Shown in pieces: positions 31,120 to 41,642 of a DNA stretch of 64,000 nucleotides. The position numbers and the translations under genes are program-made. Below the pieces are notes generated by a model, which did no database searches, had not been told where the DNA came from, and was given only the letters and a program-made list of their open reading frames with translations. The stretch is from Spirochaetia bacterium. Lineage in GTDB: Bacteria; Spirochaetota; Spirochaetia; DSM-2461. The stretch lies in NCBI GenBank assembly GCA_963666985.2, contig CAXXIA010000002.1, positions 1,600,001 through 1,664,000 on the forward strand, read 5' to 3'. The first letter of the stretch is position 1. Each line of letters starts with the position of its first letter.

Positions 31120-31258
31120 CGGATCACCTTCTACCGAAAAGGCCTCTCCGGAGAAGGACTCTTTGGTATTTTCACTCCTTAAATGAGTTATTCAAATTCC
31201 CTATACGTTTATCCGGAGTATGTTAACCATGGAAAATCTCATAAAAGACGCATGTTAC

Positions 31259-32389
31259 TCAATCATCCGTTTCGGATACATCGGCCGGTTTCGTACCCCG
31301 AAGCTTCGCCGAAAGCGATTCGGTAAGCATTACCAGAATCGCCCAGGGAGTTTTCAAGATAATCCAAACGTCATTAAGAAAGGTTATCTTTTTGCAATAG
31401 GCGATGTCCAGACGAATCATCTGTTTGAAAGTTAACTTGTTCTTTCCGCTAACCTGCCAAAGGCCTGTAAGACCCGGCATTGTATCGAATCTGTGTGTGT
31501 GCCAACGAAGATATTCCTGTGCCTCGTAGGGTATACAGGGACGGGGACCGACCAGACTCATATCTCCTTTTAATATATTCCAAAGCTGAGGCAACTCGTC
31601 GATACAGGTCGCTCTTAGGATTTTTCCCCCGGGGATAATGCGAGGATCGTGTCCGTCCAGTTTATCCATGGGAACATTTCCATCCTTGATAAAATTTTGT
31701 GAATGTTTGCCATGAAAATCCTGATCGTTCCCATGTTTCATAGATCTGAACTTGTGGAATTGAAACGGGATTCCCTTATAGCCGATTCTTTCCTGATGAA
31801 AGAAAATAGGACCCGGTGAAATTATTTTTATATACAACCCGACAAAAATAAGGAGTGGCGAGAGAAGCAATATCATCAAAAAGGAAATAAGGATGTCCAT
31901 TGTCCTTTTCCAGATAGGCATCTTATAAACAAAGATAGCTTCCATGGCGGCTTTGCTTTCGCTGGAGAGAAAATCCTGATGCAAACCACCGCCGAGATAA
32001 TTCGCAACCCAATGATCCGGATAGGTATACACATTTAACTCGAAGTAGTGTCGATAATGACCGAGGATACCCCGACATTTTTCGCAAAAAACGCGGGCTC
32101 CCTCGTTGTCGGTATCCGGCAGAAGAATGGAAATATTCCCCTGTTTATCCCATGCAACTCGATCTACGGATCTGATGGAATGGAAAATTGCGATAAGGAG
32201 TTCATTAAAAATGACCTCTTCTTTGAGTATAAAATCTAAAACAACCATAGAAAACGGATTCCCGAATCGATTTGACCTAACCCGTTCGTGATTGACGAGG
32301 ACTCGAAACTCTTCAGGTGAAAGAATAATCCCCGTTTCCGGGAACTGAAGACCATGCGCGGCCGATTTTTTTATCTTTGAGGCTATCAT
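31259..32389 (-). CDS. Priming phosphoglycosyl transferase (bacterial sugar transferase) with N-terminal degenerate GGDEF-like domain
   Basis: KRTMD, KFRSM, DPR, IDELPQLWNILKGDMSLVGPRP; N-terminal ERVRSNR...RSVD...ILLPDT. Confidence 0.9.
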   Translation of the reverse strand: MIASKIKKSAAHGLQFPETGIILSPEEFRVLVNHERVRSNRFGNPFSMVVLDFILKEEVIFNELLIAIFHSIRSVDRVAWDKQGNISILLPDTDNEGARVFCEKCRGILGHYRHYFELNVYTYPDHWVANYLGGGLHQDFLSSESKAAMEAIFVYKMPIWKRTMDILISFLMILLLSPLLIFVGLYIKIISPGPIFFHQERIGYKGIPFQFHKFRSMKHGNDQDFHGKHSQNFIKDGNVPMDKLDGHDPRIIPGGKILRATCIDELPQLWNILKGDMSLVGPRPCIPYEAQEYLRWHTHRFDTMPGLTGLWQVSGKNKLTFKQMIRLDIAYCKKITFLNDVWIILKTPWAILVMLTESLSAKLRGTKPADVSETDD

Positions 32390-32517
32390 TCTTTTTAACC
32401 TTGTTTGGGAAGTCCTCTAATTAACCGATATCAATACTCAAGCCCAATAAGGCTCTCAGAAAATTACGATATTGAAAATATCGCACTATGGACCAACTAT
32501 CAGACACTTGATGGAAA

Positions 32518-33558
32518 TTAATGCTGCTTTTCTTCTATTTCGCTCAGGATCCCTTTCGACGGCTTCCTGCGGATCAGCGCCCGCCGGGCCTTTACCCAAA
32601 ATTCACAGATATAAACAATAATCATTATTTGGACTATTGAGATTAAAAAGGAAGAGAAGACATCATTGGAAAAGCCGCCGAAAACAAAAGCTAGAGATTT
32701 TTTAATCAACCCGCCGATTATTGTATGAAAGGCTAGAAGCGGGATTGCATAGCGATTGATCAGCCTTGTTAAGCTGGTCGGTTTAAGGCTTCTGGAGGCA
32801 ATGATTACAGTATAAATACCGAAAAGCGACGCAGGAATAAGGATCATGACTTTTCCCGCTTCATGATAATATAAATCTAATCGGCCGTTTGAAAACGCAA
32901 GAAATATTGATATGAGAAAGAATGGAATCAATAAATGTTCCTCAATTTTCAACAATCCGGGCGATTCTTTTGAATTGTAGATCGCACCTAAGTGAAAATA
33001 AAACAGCCCGATAAAGGCAATATCGATACTCCACGGTAATGCGAATTTGAATTTAAAAAGATATATCCCAAAAATGGTCAGCAACAAAAAAACAATTGTA
33101 TTTATCAGCGCTCCAAGTTGAAGCTTTTCGAATAACCAATAGAATTCATTCATTAGAAAAAGACAGGGTAAAAACCACATAGGTATTCCCCATTCCATAT
33201 ATTTCGGGCCACCCTGAGCGTAAAATATACCTATTACGTTTTTTATTACCCTCTCACAACTTGTAATCCCTCCCGACAGCCATCCCAAAGAAAGCCATTT
33301 AAGAAATAAAATTGCAGCGAATATAAAATAGGGAAGAACAAGTCGGTGAATCTTCTTCCGTGTAAAAGTCGCAAATGATGATTCTCTTTTGCAGTTAAAA
33401 ACAACACCGCTAATAAAAAAGAACAAGGGAATATGAAAAGAATATACATAGTGAAAAACCGGATTCTGAATGTGATGGCCCCAAATCACGCAAAAAATGC
33501 CGATTGCGCGCGCAGTATCAATGTATTGCAGTCTATCCTGCTGAGTTATTTGATTCAT
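32518..33558 (-). CDS. Acyltransferase family 3 (membrane O-acyltransferase)
   Basis: RLQYIDTARAIGIFCVIWGH, YSFHIPLFFFISG, RLVLPY, MWFLPCLF; about 10 TM helices. Confidence 0.9.
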   Translation of the reverse strand: MNQITQQDRLQYIDTARAIGIFCVIWGHHIQNPVFHYVYSFHIPLFFFISGVVFNCKRESSFATFTRKKIHRLVLPYFIFAAILFLKWLSLGWLSGGITSCERVIKNVIGIFYAQGGPKYMEWGIPMWFLPCLFLMNEFYWLFEKLQLGALINTIVFLLLTIFGIYLFKFKFALPWSIDIAFIGLFYFHLGAIYNSKESPGLLKIEEHLLIPFFLISIFLAFSNGRLDLYYHEAGKVMILIPASLFGIYTVIIASRSLKPTSLTRLINRYAIPLLAFHTIIGGLIKKSLAFVFGGFSNDVFSSFLISIVQIMIIVYICEFWVKARRALIRRKPSKGILSEIEEKQH

Positions 33559-33572
33559 TGTTGCTGTGTTTC

Positions 33573-36500
33573 CTAAATTGCGTTGTTTTCTAAAGCCTGT
33601 TTTATTTTATTAGCCGTCTCTTCGGCATAAGGCGCTTTCAGGATTTCCAAATGTGTCCCCGGTGTATTTTCAATAAACAAGTTATCTCCGAAATACTCAG
33701 CCCAGCCATACTTGGGATCAAAATAGAATCCGGGCTTATTCTGCTCTCCAATTGCTTTTATTAGCAATGTTTTTCCTTGATACTTATATTTGTGAGAAAT
33801 ATTATTTTTTTCGAATTGTTTGGTGGCAACTTGGTAAACTCGAATTCTTTGCAGAAGATTCATATCATTCTCTGTTTGTGTATTATGCTTCAGACTATCG
33901 ATTTTTTCCTTGATGGCTTTTAGGGTGGCAGGAACTCCCCTCTTAAAACTTTTTTTAATTTGATTCATCAATTTCTCAATTGGCTTTCGCTTGATTGCCG
34001 AAAGAAGTAATGTGTCAAGTATAATCAGTAATTCCACCTCTTGTCCGGCTTCCTTAAGTTTCTTTGCCACATCATATGCCACAACCCCGCCGAAAGATAA
34101 ACCGATGATGGAAACAGGTCTTCCCTGACTATGCTGTCGGATAATATTACAATAATCGGAAGCAAATGCTTCAATATTCCATTCGTCCTGACCTTGATCC
34201 CCAATAAGCAGATTTACTTCCCTGGGATGGTATGTAGCATAGCATTTTGCAATATCGGCCAAATGAACCGCTAATTCATGGTACATCTGAACACCAATGA
34301 CAAAATAGAAAAGCCGATCTGCAGAAGATTTATTGATTTCGATAACATTCTTTAATTCATATTCCGGTTGAGAATGAAGAAGCTCATAATTTTCCGCGTT
34401 TCTGGATAAACTTCCCAACAATCCTCTTAAGATATGATTACAATCTATAAAATTCGTTTGCAGAACATCGCCCTGCTCCGCTTCGGAGTTAATGTAACTG
34501 AGTAATTTCAAGGTTCCATTATCTTCACGGACATCCAGGTACAGTGGATTTTTCTCCCAAATTCGCGGGTTGAATGAATATTCAAACTCAAGCCCCGGAA
34601 AGTCCAAGTCACCTTCTTTATAGGCGGCACTATTATTAATGACAAAATCAGCTTGCGGTATTCTATCCCCTAATTCCACTCGTAAACTTTCTATATCAAC
34701 CAAATGATCATAAGCATTTAAAAAAGCCGTTTGTGTTGCCTTCACAATATCTAGAAAACTACTTTTAGTTGTAAGGTCCAAATTCAACAAAACAAGATTG
34801 GCACAGTTCCCGATCAAGTCGTGTTTGTTAACCCATAACTGACCGGCGATTGGAACTCCAATGGTAATGTTTGATCGTCCGAATGTATCTCTCAAAATGG
34901 AGTACATCATCGATACCATCAAAATAAACACGCTGTAGTTTGTTGTTGCGCTTACGTTCTTTAACTGACGGTACACATCACCGTCTATTGAAAACTCTCT
35001 ATACCTTGTCTTAATTGTTGAGCAGGAACCTATCTTAATAATTGGCTGCACGGTTTTTGCTCTGAATTGATCAAAACGCTCATTCCAATAATTTATTATG
35101 CCTTGATAAGTTTCTTCTTCTTTTCGACTTTTCAAGAAATGTACATAATCATGGAAATCGAATACCGTAGTTTGGGACTTGGATTCGACCCCGAGGGTAT
35201 ACGCCTCGGACAATTTTTTTAAAATAATATCGAAGGACCATCCGTCACATATGGATCTGTGATACAGAAGAAGTACGATCCATTCATCTCTTGTTTTTCG
35301 TAGGATATGAACTCTGATCAACGGACCGTCGGTAAGATTGAAGGGCGATTGGTGTTCATGTAAAAGAAGATCGTTATAGAACGCATCCTGTGTTTTTTCG
35401 GGAGATTCCCTCAGATCATGAAATTCATATAACGGAAAGAAATTTTTGCGAACGCGAAATCCTGTTCCCTCTTGTGTATAGACCGCATGCAATATTTCAT
35501 TATTGCTGATTACCTTGTTGAAAGAATCGGTAAATCGATCCTTGTCAAAATCACCTTTGAAAAACAATCTAACCGAATCGATATATAAGCAGGAACGTGT
35601 TTCGTCTTTGCATTCTTGCCATATCGATATTTGGGCGTCGGTGGCCGGAATTTCATAATTCCCGAGATTTTTTCTTTCAAGTATTTCATTCTCTGAAATA
35701 GATACTTCGACATTTCGTGAAGGATTTAAATTCTTCTTGTGAGTATCGATATATTCAAAAAGAAGCCTGATATTGGGGTATTCTTGGAGTAACTGGCCAA
35801 AGGTTACGTTAACCTTAAATTCTTTACTAACCCGATATGCAATCTGAGTTAATAAAAGAGAATCCATCCCCATTTCCATAAAGGTAGATTCTTCATCGAA
35901 GTCATCAAGGGAAAACCCGGAGGTCTCTTCAAAAAGAGAAACGAGTTTCTCAACGCTTCCGGAGGTCTTATCCTCCGTCAATTCCTCGGACGCTCCCGTT
36001 GAGAATCCGTTTTCACGCTCCCCGTCGTTATCACCTGTTTCCATCACCTTAATAACAACAGGATCAACCCAATAACTTTTCCGATCAAACTGATATGTGG
36101 GAATAGGAATCTTCCTTCTTATTTCATTCTGGTAGAACGATTCCCAATCTATGGAATATCCGTAAAGCCAGAGCTGGCCAACGGCTCTTAAGACCGCCGT
36201 ATATTCGGCATTATTCTCCGCTTTAGAATCCATGGAAGAAATAATTCCCCGCGCTTTATTCGGTTGAAGATGCTGTCGGGTAAGTGTCGCAAGTGTATTC
36301 CGTGGGCCAACTTCCAAGAAAACAGCATTCTCTCTTTCGGAAAGGTATTGAATTGCATTGGAAAAAAGCACCGGGTTTTTAACGTGATTACCCCAATAAG
36401 ACGGTTCCGTTAATTCTTCTGAAACCGCTCTGCCCAGAACCGTAGAGACAATAGGAATCTGAGGCGTCCGTAAAGAAACCTTGGCCACCTCTTCCGTAAA

Positions 36501-39500
36501 AACAGGAACAACCGGTTCCATCATCTCCGAATGAAAAGCATGAGAGGTATGAAGAAGACTGTGCGGAATCTCTTCTTTCTCCAGAGTCACGATAACTCCG
36601 TTTATGGCCTCATCCGGTCCCGATAAAACACAGAGATTTGGACTATTAACCGCCGCAAGCTGAATGGATTCGGATAAATACTTCTCCACCTCTGCAACCG
36701 GCGCCTTCACGGAAAGCATACATCCGCCGGGCATCTCTTTGACTAATCGACCTCGGGCGGCTACAAGAGTCAGAGCTTCTTCTAAGGTAAATACACCGGA
36801 AAGACAGGCACATACAAACTCACCAATGCTGTGCCCAACCAGAATTGACGGCTTTATTCCCCAAGACATCAGGAGCATGGATAAAGCATACTCAATCACA
36901 AAAATAGCAGGCTGAGTAAAAAATGTATCCTTTAATGCTTCATAAGAGGCTTTTTCATCTTGTGAATCAGGATAAACAACCGTCCGAAGATCTCGACCAA
37001 GAAGATTCTCCAGAAAATCACAGCACTGATCGACAGCTTGTTTGAAGATAGGCTCTCCCGCATAAAGCTGTTTTCCCATATTGATGTATTGCGATCCCTG
37101 TCCGGGAAACATAAAGACGATTTCAGGCTCTTTCTCCAAACACGTTCGCGATCCTGTTGTTAACGGCGACCTCTTGCCGAATGCCTCCTGAGGATTTACA
37201 TCATCAGGAACAACAAGAAATCTCCTTTCGGAAAAACCTCTCCGCCCCGTCTGAAGAGTATAGGCCGCATCGGCTTTGACATTGGCTTTTTCAGCCGATA
37301 AAAAATGCCCCATCTTGGCTGTTACTTCCTCTAAGCTTGAAGAAGTTTTCGCAGACAGAAGAAACAATTGAACGGGCCGGGAAGGGCCTGATTCGTTATA
37401 GACTGGAGCTTCCTTTACAACAGCATGAACGTTTGTTCCGCCGAAACCGAAACTTGAAACGGCCGCAATTCTTTTTTTCCCGCCTCTTTTCCAAGCAGTC
37501 CTTTTATTAACAACCCAAAACGGACTGCTTGGAAAATCAATTTGCGGATTCTGAGATTTATAATTAAGCGTTGCGGGGATCTCCTCATGATAAAGACAGA
37601 GCGCCGCCTTGATTAAACCGGTAACTCCAGATGCAATCGTTGGGTGACCGATATTTCCCTTTATGGATCCAATTCCGCAAAATTGTGTCTTGTCCGTTTG
37701 CTTCCTGAATGCTTTAGTCAATGCTTCGATTTCTATGGGATCACCTATCGGCGTAGCCGTCCCATGAGCTTCAATGTAGCCGATATCTTCACTCACTACA
37801 TTTGCTTCGGCTTGAGCCCTTTCTATCACATCGGATTGTCCGGAAACACTCGGAGCAAGAAAACTGATCTTTTGTGATCCGTCGTTGTTTTTCGCGGATC
37901 CGATAATCGTGGCGTAAATCGTATCATTATCTTCCAAGGCTTCTTCCAGCCTTTTCAGCACAACAACACCAACACCATCGCAAAACATCGTTCCGGATGC
38001 CTCGGCGTCAAAGGGGCGGCAATGACCGTCTTTGGAAAAGGTTCCGCTCGGTTGATACAGGAATCCCCTTCTTTGAGGAATCCCTATATCGGAACCTCCG
38101 GCTATGGCGATATCACATTCATAATCCCTTAATGCCCGAAAGGCCAAATCCACAGCAAGAAGACTCGTTGAACAGCCAGTGTTTACGCTTACACCCGGTC
38201 CGGTTAAGTCAAGGGCATAGCACGTTCTTGTAGCGATATAATCCTTTTGGTTCCCATACTCAACGGTAAGATTGCCTACGGTATCAAGTAAATCTTTATG
38301 TCCGATTAAATTGACTGAGTAGTAGTGATTATCTCCGACTCCCGCGAAAGCGCCTATCGTGCCCGGATACGACTCCGAATCATAGCCGGCATGTTCCAGC
38401 GCCTTCCATGCCTCTTCAAGAAAAACCCGCTGCTGGGGGTCCATTACTTTTGCTTCCAGAGGAGAAACCCCAAAGAAAGAGGCATCAAAAAGATCTGCGT
38501 TATTTACGATACCTCTTGCAAGAATGTAATTCGGATTGTCCAGGAGATCTTCGTCGATACCCGGGCTCAATTGATCACGGGTAAAACGCGTAATTGACTC
38601 AACCTCGTTTATAATATTTTGCCAAAGTTCATCAATTGAATCGGCTCCCGGAAAACGGCCGGACATACCGATAATTGCGATTCCTTCGATATTATTGTGA
38701 TGCTTTTTGGAATAAAGATGTTTCTTTAACGACGAATTCCTTGCATTGCCGTCAAGCAGATCGGCAAATTGAGCTATCGTCGGATATTGAAATATTCTGA
38801 GGACCTGATAATCGGTACCAAAAGTGTCGTTTATTCTCGAAATCAGCTGGATTGCCAGAAGAGAAGATCCCCCAACTTCGAAAAAGCTGTCGTCAATTCC
38901 AATTCGGTCAAGATCAAGCTGTTCCTGCCAGAGACCTACGAGCTTTTTCTCCGTTTCACTCCTCGGGTTAATATAGGGAGTGGAAATATCCGGACGTGTT
39001 TGAACGGGTTTCGGTAATAATTTTCTATCCAGTTTACCATTGGAACTAAGCGGAAATTCATCTATACGTACATAGTGGCTCGGCACCATATACTCTGGGA
39101 GTTTCTGCCTGAGATGATCTTTGTATATTGAGATTGGGACGGATTTTTCCGTATTGGTTTTAACATATCCAACAAGACGTTTGAAACCCGGAACATCTTC
39201 CCTTAAAATCACAACCGCCTGATCCACAATCTCAAGTTCTTCAAGGCAAGATTCAATTTCTTCCAGTTCTACACGGAAGCCGCTGATTTTTACTTGTGAA
39301 TCAATCCTGCCCAGATATTCCACCGCACCATCGTCCCTGATCTGAGCCAAATCTCCCGTTTTATAGAATCTTATACAGCACCCTTGTGCATCCGCTTGCG
39401 TTATGAATTTTTCCGCCGTCAGTTCGGGCTTATTGATATATCCTCTCGCAACACCTATACCTGAAATATACAGCTCACCGCTTTCCCCTCTCTTAACCTC

Positions 39501-40529
39501 ATTACCGTTTTCGTCATGAATCGTAATATTGATATTGGAAATCGGAAAACCAATGGGCACACGGGAAAGATTTTTATCAGGACGACAATGCCAGCTGGTT
39601 ACATCAACGGCAGCTTCGGTAGGACCATATAGATTGTATAAATCGCCCTTACATAAATCAAAAAATCGATTATGAACGGCAACGTCCAAAGCCTCCCCGC
39701 TACAAATGACAAACCGAAGGGAATCGGAACGCTCCATTCTTTGTGATTCAAGAAATATCCGAAGCATAGAGGGAACGAAATGAACTATTGTTACGTTCTC
39801 CTCATCGATTAAATTAAGCAGATATTCAGGATCTTTATGTCCCTCGGGACGGGCAATTACCAATCGGGCGCCGATCATAAGCGGCCAAAAGAACTCCCAT
39901 ACGGATACATCAAATGAATACGGAGTTTTTTGAAGAACCGTATCCTCTTGTGTCATCTGAAATTCAGACTGCATCCACAGCAATCGGTTAACAATGCCGT
40001 CGTGCTGGTTCATAACGCCTTTAGGCATTCCCGTTGAACCGGAGGTATAAATTAAATACGCCAAATTTTCAGGAGTAACGGAGACTTCCGGATTTTCAAT
40101 GGCCGCCTCAGTCGGATCTAAATATTCACCAATACTGATAAAACGTATGGAAGATGTTATTTTCTCTTTAAATTTTATTTGCCCCAAGACAAGCAAAGCA
40201 CAGCTTTCTTCCAGCATATAATGAATTCGTTTTTCAGGCAGTGACGGATCTATCGGCAAATAAGCACCGCCTGCTTTGAGAATAGCAAGAAGAGCTATGA
40301 CCATCTCAAAAGATCTTTCCGCACAGACTCCGACGATTATATCTGCTTGCACACCAGCACGAATTAAATCTCGGGCGAGTATATTGGCTCTGAGATTCAT
40401 TTCAAAATAACTGAGAGATTGCTTTTCAAATTTCAGGGCTATTTGGCTGGGAAATCTGCTCGCCTGCTCTTCAATATAATGATGTAAACACTTTTCCCGA
40501 ATAAATTTATCATTCCCCGTGGCCGACAT
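33573..40529 (-). CDS. Hybrid NRPS / type I PKS: A-T-KS-AT-ACP-C(degenerate)-TE
   Basis: A: YTSGSTGMPKG, FDVSVWE, YGPTE, YKTGD, NGKLDR; T: FFEVGGSSL; KS: TGCSTSL, EAHGTAT, NIGH; AT: GQGSQ, GHSIGE, HAFH; ACP: MGMDSL; C: HRSICDG; TE: GLSFGG...GTH. Confidence 0.93.
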   Translation of the reverse strand: MSATGNDKFIREKCLHHYIEEQASRFPSQIALKFEKQSLSYFEMNLRANILARDLIRAGVQADIIVGVCAERSFEMVIALLAILKAGGAYLPIDPSLPEKRIHYMLEESCALLVLGQIKFKEKITSSIRFISIGEYLDPTEAAIENPEVSVTPENLAYLIYTSGSTGMPKGVMNQHDGIVNRLLWMQSEFQMTQEDTVLQKTPYSFDVSVWEFFWPLMIGARLVIARPEGHKDPEYLLNLIDEENVTIVHFVPSMLRIFLESQRMERSDSLRFVICSGEALDVAVHNRFFDLCKGDLYNLYGPTEAAVDVTSWHCRPDKNLSRVPIGFPISNINITIHDENGNEVKRGESGELYISGIGVARGYINKPELTAEKFITQADAQGCCIRFYKTGDLAQIRDDGAVEYLGRIDSQVKISGFRVELEEIESCLEELEIVDQAVVILREDVPGFKRLVGYVKTNTEKSVPISIYKDHLRQKLPEYMVPSHYVRIDEFPLSSNGKLDRKLLPKPVQTRPDISTPYINPRSETEKKLVGLWQEQLDLDRIGIDDSFFEVGGSSLLAIQLISRINDTFGTDYQVLRIFQYPTIAQFADLLDGNARNSSLKKHLYSKKHHNNIEGIAIIGMSGRFPGADSIDELWQNIINEVESITRFTRDQLSPGIDEDLLDNPNYILARGIVNNADLFDASFFGVSPLEAKVMDPQQRVFLEEAWKALEHAGYDSESYPGTIGAFAGVGDNHYYSVNLIGHKDLLDTVGNLTVEYGNQKDYIATRTCYALDLTGPGVSVNTGCSTSLLAVDLAFRALRDYECDIAIAGGSDIGIPQRRGFLYQPSGTFSKDGHCRPFDAEASGTMFCDGVGVVVLKRLEEALEDNDTIYATIIGSAKNNDGSQKISFLAPSVSGQSDVIERAQAEANVVSEDIGYIEAHGTATPIGDPIEIEALTKAFRKQTDKTQFCGIGSIKGNIGHPTIASGVTGLIKAALCLYHEEIPATLNYKSQNPQIDFPSSPFWVVNKRTAWKRGGKKRIAAVSSFGFGGTNVHAVVKEAPVYNESGPSRPVQLFLLSAKTSSSLEEVTAKMGHFLSAEKANVKADAAYTLQTGRRGFSERRFLVVPDDVNPQEAFGKRSPLTTGSRTCLEKEPEIVFMFPGQGSQYINMGKQLYAGEPIFKQAVDQCCDFLENLLGRDLRTVVYPDSQDEKASYEALKDTFFTQPAIFVIEYALSMLLMSWGIKPSILVGHSIGEFVCACLSGVFTLEEALTLVAARGRLVKEMPGGCMLSVKAPVAEVEKYLSESIQLAAVNSPNLCVLSGPDEAINGVIVTLEKEEIPHSLLHTSHAFHSEMMEPVVPVFTEEVAKVSLRTPQIPIVSTVLGRAVSEELTEPSYWGNHVKNPVLFSNAIQYLSERENAVFLEVGPRNTLATLTRQHLQPNKARGIISSMDSKAENNAEYTAVLRAVGQLWLYGYSIDWESFYQNEIRRKIPIPTYQFDRKSYWVDPVVIKVMETGDNDGERENGFSTGASEELTEDKTSGSVEKLVSLFEETSGFSLDDFDEESTFMEMGMDSLLLTQIAYRVSKEFKVNVTFGQLLQEYPNIRLLFEYIDTHKKNLNPSRNVEVSISENEILERKNLGNYEIPATDAQISIWQECKDETRSCLYIDSVRLFFKGDFDKDRFTDSFNKVISNNEILHAVYTQEGTGFRVRKNFFPLYEFHDLRESPEKTQDAFYNDLLLHEHQSPFNLTDGPLIRVHILRKTRDEWIVLLLYHRSICDGWSFDIILKKLSEAYTLGVESKSQTTVFDFHDYVHFLKSRKEEETYQGIINYWNERFDQFRAKTVQPIIKIGSCSTIKTRYREFSIDGDVYRQLKNVSATTNYSVFILMVSMMYSILRDTFGRSNITIGVPIAGQLWVNKHDLIGNCANLVLLNLDLTTKSSFLDIVKATQTAFLNAYDHLVDIESLRVELGDRIPQADFVINNSAAYKEGDLDFPGLEFEYSFNPRIWEKNPLYLDVREDNGTLKLLSYINSEAEQGDVLQTNFIDCNHILRGLLGSLSRNAENYELLHSQPEYELKNVIEINKSSADRLFYFVIGVQMYHELAVHLADIAKCYATYHPREVNLLIGDQGQDEWNIEAFASDYCNIIRQHSQGRPVSIIGLSFGGVVAYDVAKKLKEAGQEVELLIILDTLLLSAIKRKPIEKLMNQIKKSFKRGVPATLKAIKEKIDSLKHNTQTENDMNLLQRIRVYQVATKQFEKNNISHKYKYQGKTLLIKAIGEQNKPGFYFDPKYGWAEYFGDNLFIENTPGTHLEILKAPYAEETANKIKQALENNAI

Positions 40530-40543
40530 AAAAAGACCTCTTG

Positions 40544-41476
40544 TTAACTAAAAACATCACTTTGTAAAAATTTGATTATGCTGTCTTGGTCCATCACACC
40601 ATGCCCGCCGCGAAGTTTCAACCACCTTACCCGATAGCCTAGACTTACAGCCTTTTCCGCCATTAATTTATTTCCCGAATAGAGCCCTAAAGCATCCTGT
40701 TTCCCACAGGAAATATAAACGCTGTTTTCTTTCGGCGCGGTTCTCATCGTTTGGAAAATGTTATACCGATTCCAGTCGTCTTCAGTCGTTAAATAGCGTT
40801 TTTGAATGGATAAAACCGATTGGGCGCCATCCGTCCAGAGTTCTTTACGCAACACAATGTTTTTTATTTTTTCTCTTATCGTATTTCCGCCGTTCCTTTT
40901 CAGAAATCCATTAATTTCTTCATCTGTTGCGGTAAATGGAATGGGATAAATTCCTGCGGAAATCAAGATGGCGGAATTAAAGAAATCTGGATGATTGAAA
41001 AAGAGATACGAAGCACTCGTCCCGCCCATTGAAAAGCCCATTATAATTCTTTGATGATTCTTCCACCCCAGTTTTGACTCTATTTCCGGAATAACATCTT
41101 GAATTAAACGCTGTCCATAATCATTCTGCGGATCCGTAGGATTGGGTATGCACATAGTTTCCGGACCCGCCGAAAGCGATACAACCGCAATATTTTTACT
41201 TGTTGTTTTAAAATATTGATCATAATAACCCATCTCGGAATACCATGAGTCTTCGTTTCCGCCCTGGCCGTGCAGGTAATAGAAAACAAATTCCGGAGGA
41301 GTATGCTCCTCATTACCATAAAGCAAAACAACAGCACGAAAAGAATGTAATTCCATTCGTTCCATCTCAACTCGTTCTCCGCTCGTATTTTCGAAAAAAG
41401 CCTCCGCCTTTTGCCTTGGGATACAACCCGTGATGAACAATATCAACAGTAAAAAGGGAAGACTTCCTTTCTTCAT
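40544..41476 (-). CDS. Lipoprotein alpha/beta-fold esterase
   Basis: Lipobox ITGC, YYLHGQGG, GFSMGG, CGKQD, GGH. Confidence 0.85.
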   Translation of the reverse strand: MKKGSLPFLLLILFITGCIPRQKAEAFFENTSGERVEMERMELHSFRAVVLLYGNEEHTPPEFVFYYLHGQGGNEDSWYSEMGYYDQYFKTTSKNIAVVSLSAGPETMCIPNPTDPQNDYGQRLIQDVIPEIESKLGWKNHQRIIMGFSMGGTSASYLFFNHPDFFNSAILISAGIYPIPFTATDEEINGFLKRNGGNTIREKIKNIVLRKELWTDGAQSVLSIQKRYLTTEDDWNRYNIFQTMRTAPKENSVYISCGKQDALGLYSGNKLMAEKAVSLGYRVRWLKLRGGHGVMDQDSIIKFLQSDVFS

Positions 41477-41642
41477 ATTACCTCTCCGCAAAATCAACAA
41501 GACCCAATCAAAGCCAAATCGTAACGTTTCCTCTAATTTTGACCGCTGACTGTTTACGGCCTTGCAGCATCGCCGACTGTCTTTAACTCTATCACAAATC
41601 TCCGGCGCATCACCAGCAACAGACTATAATTACAAGAGGTTG

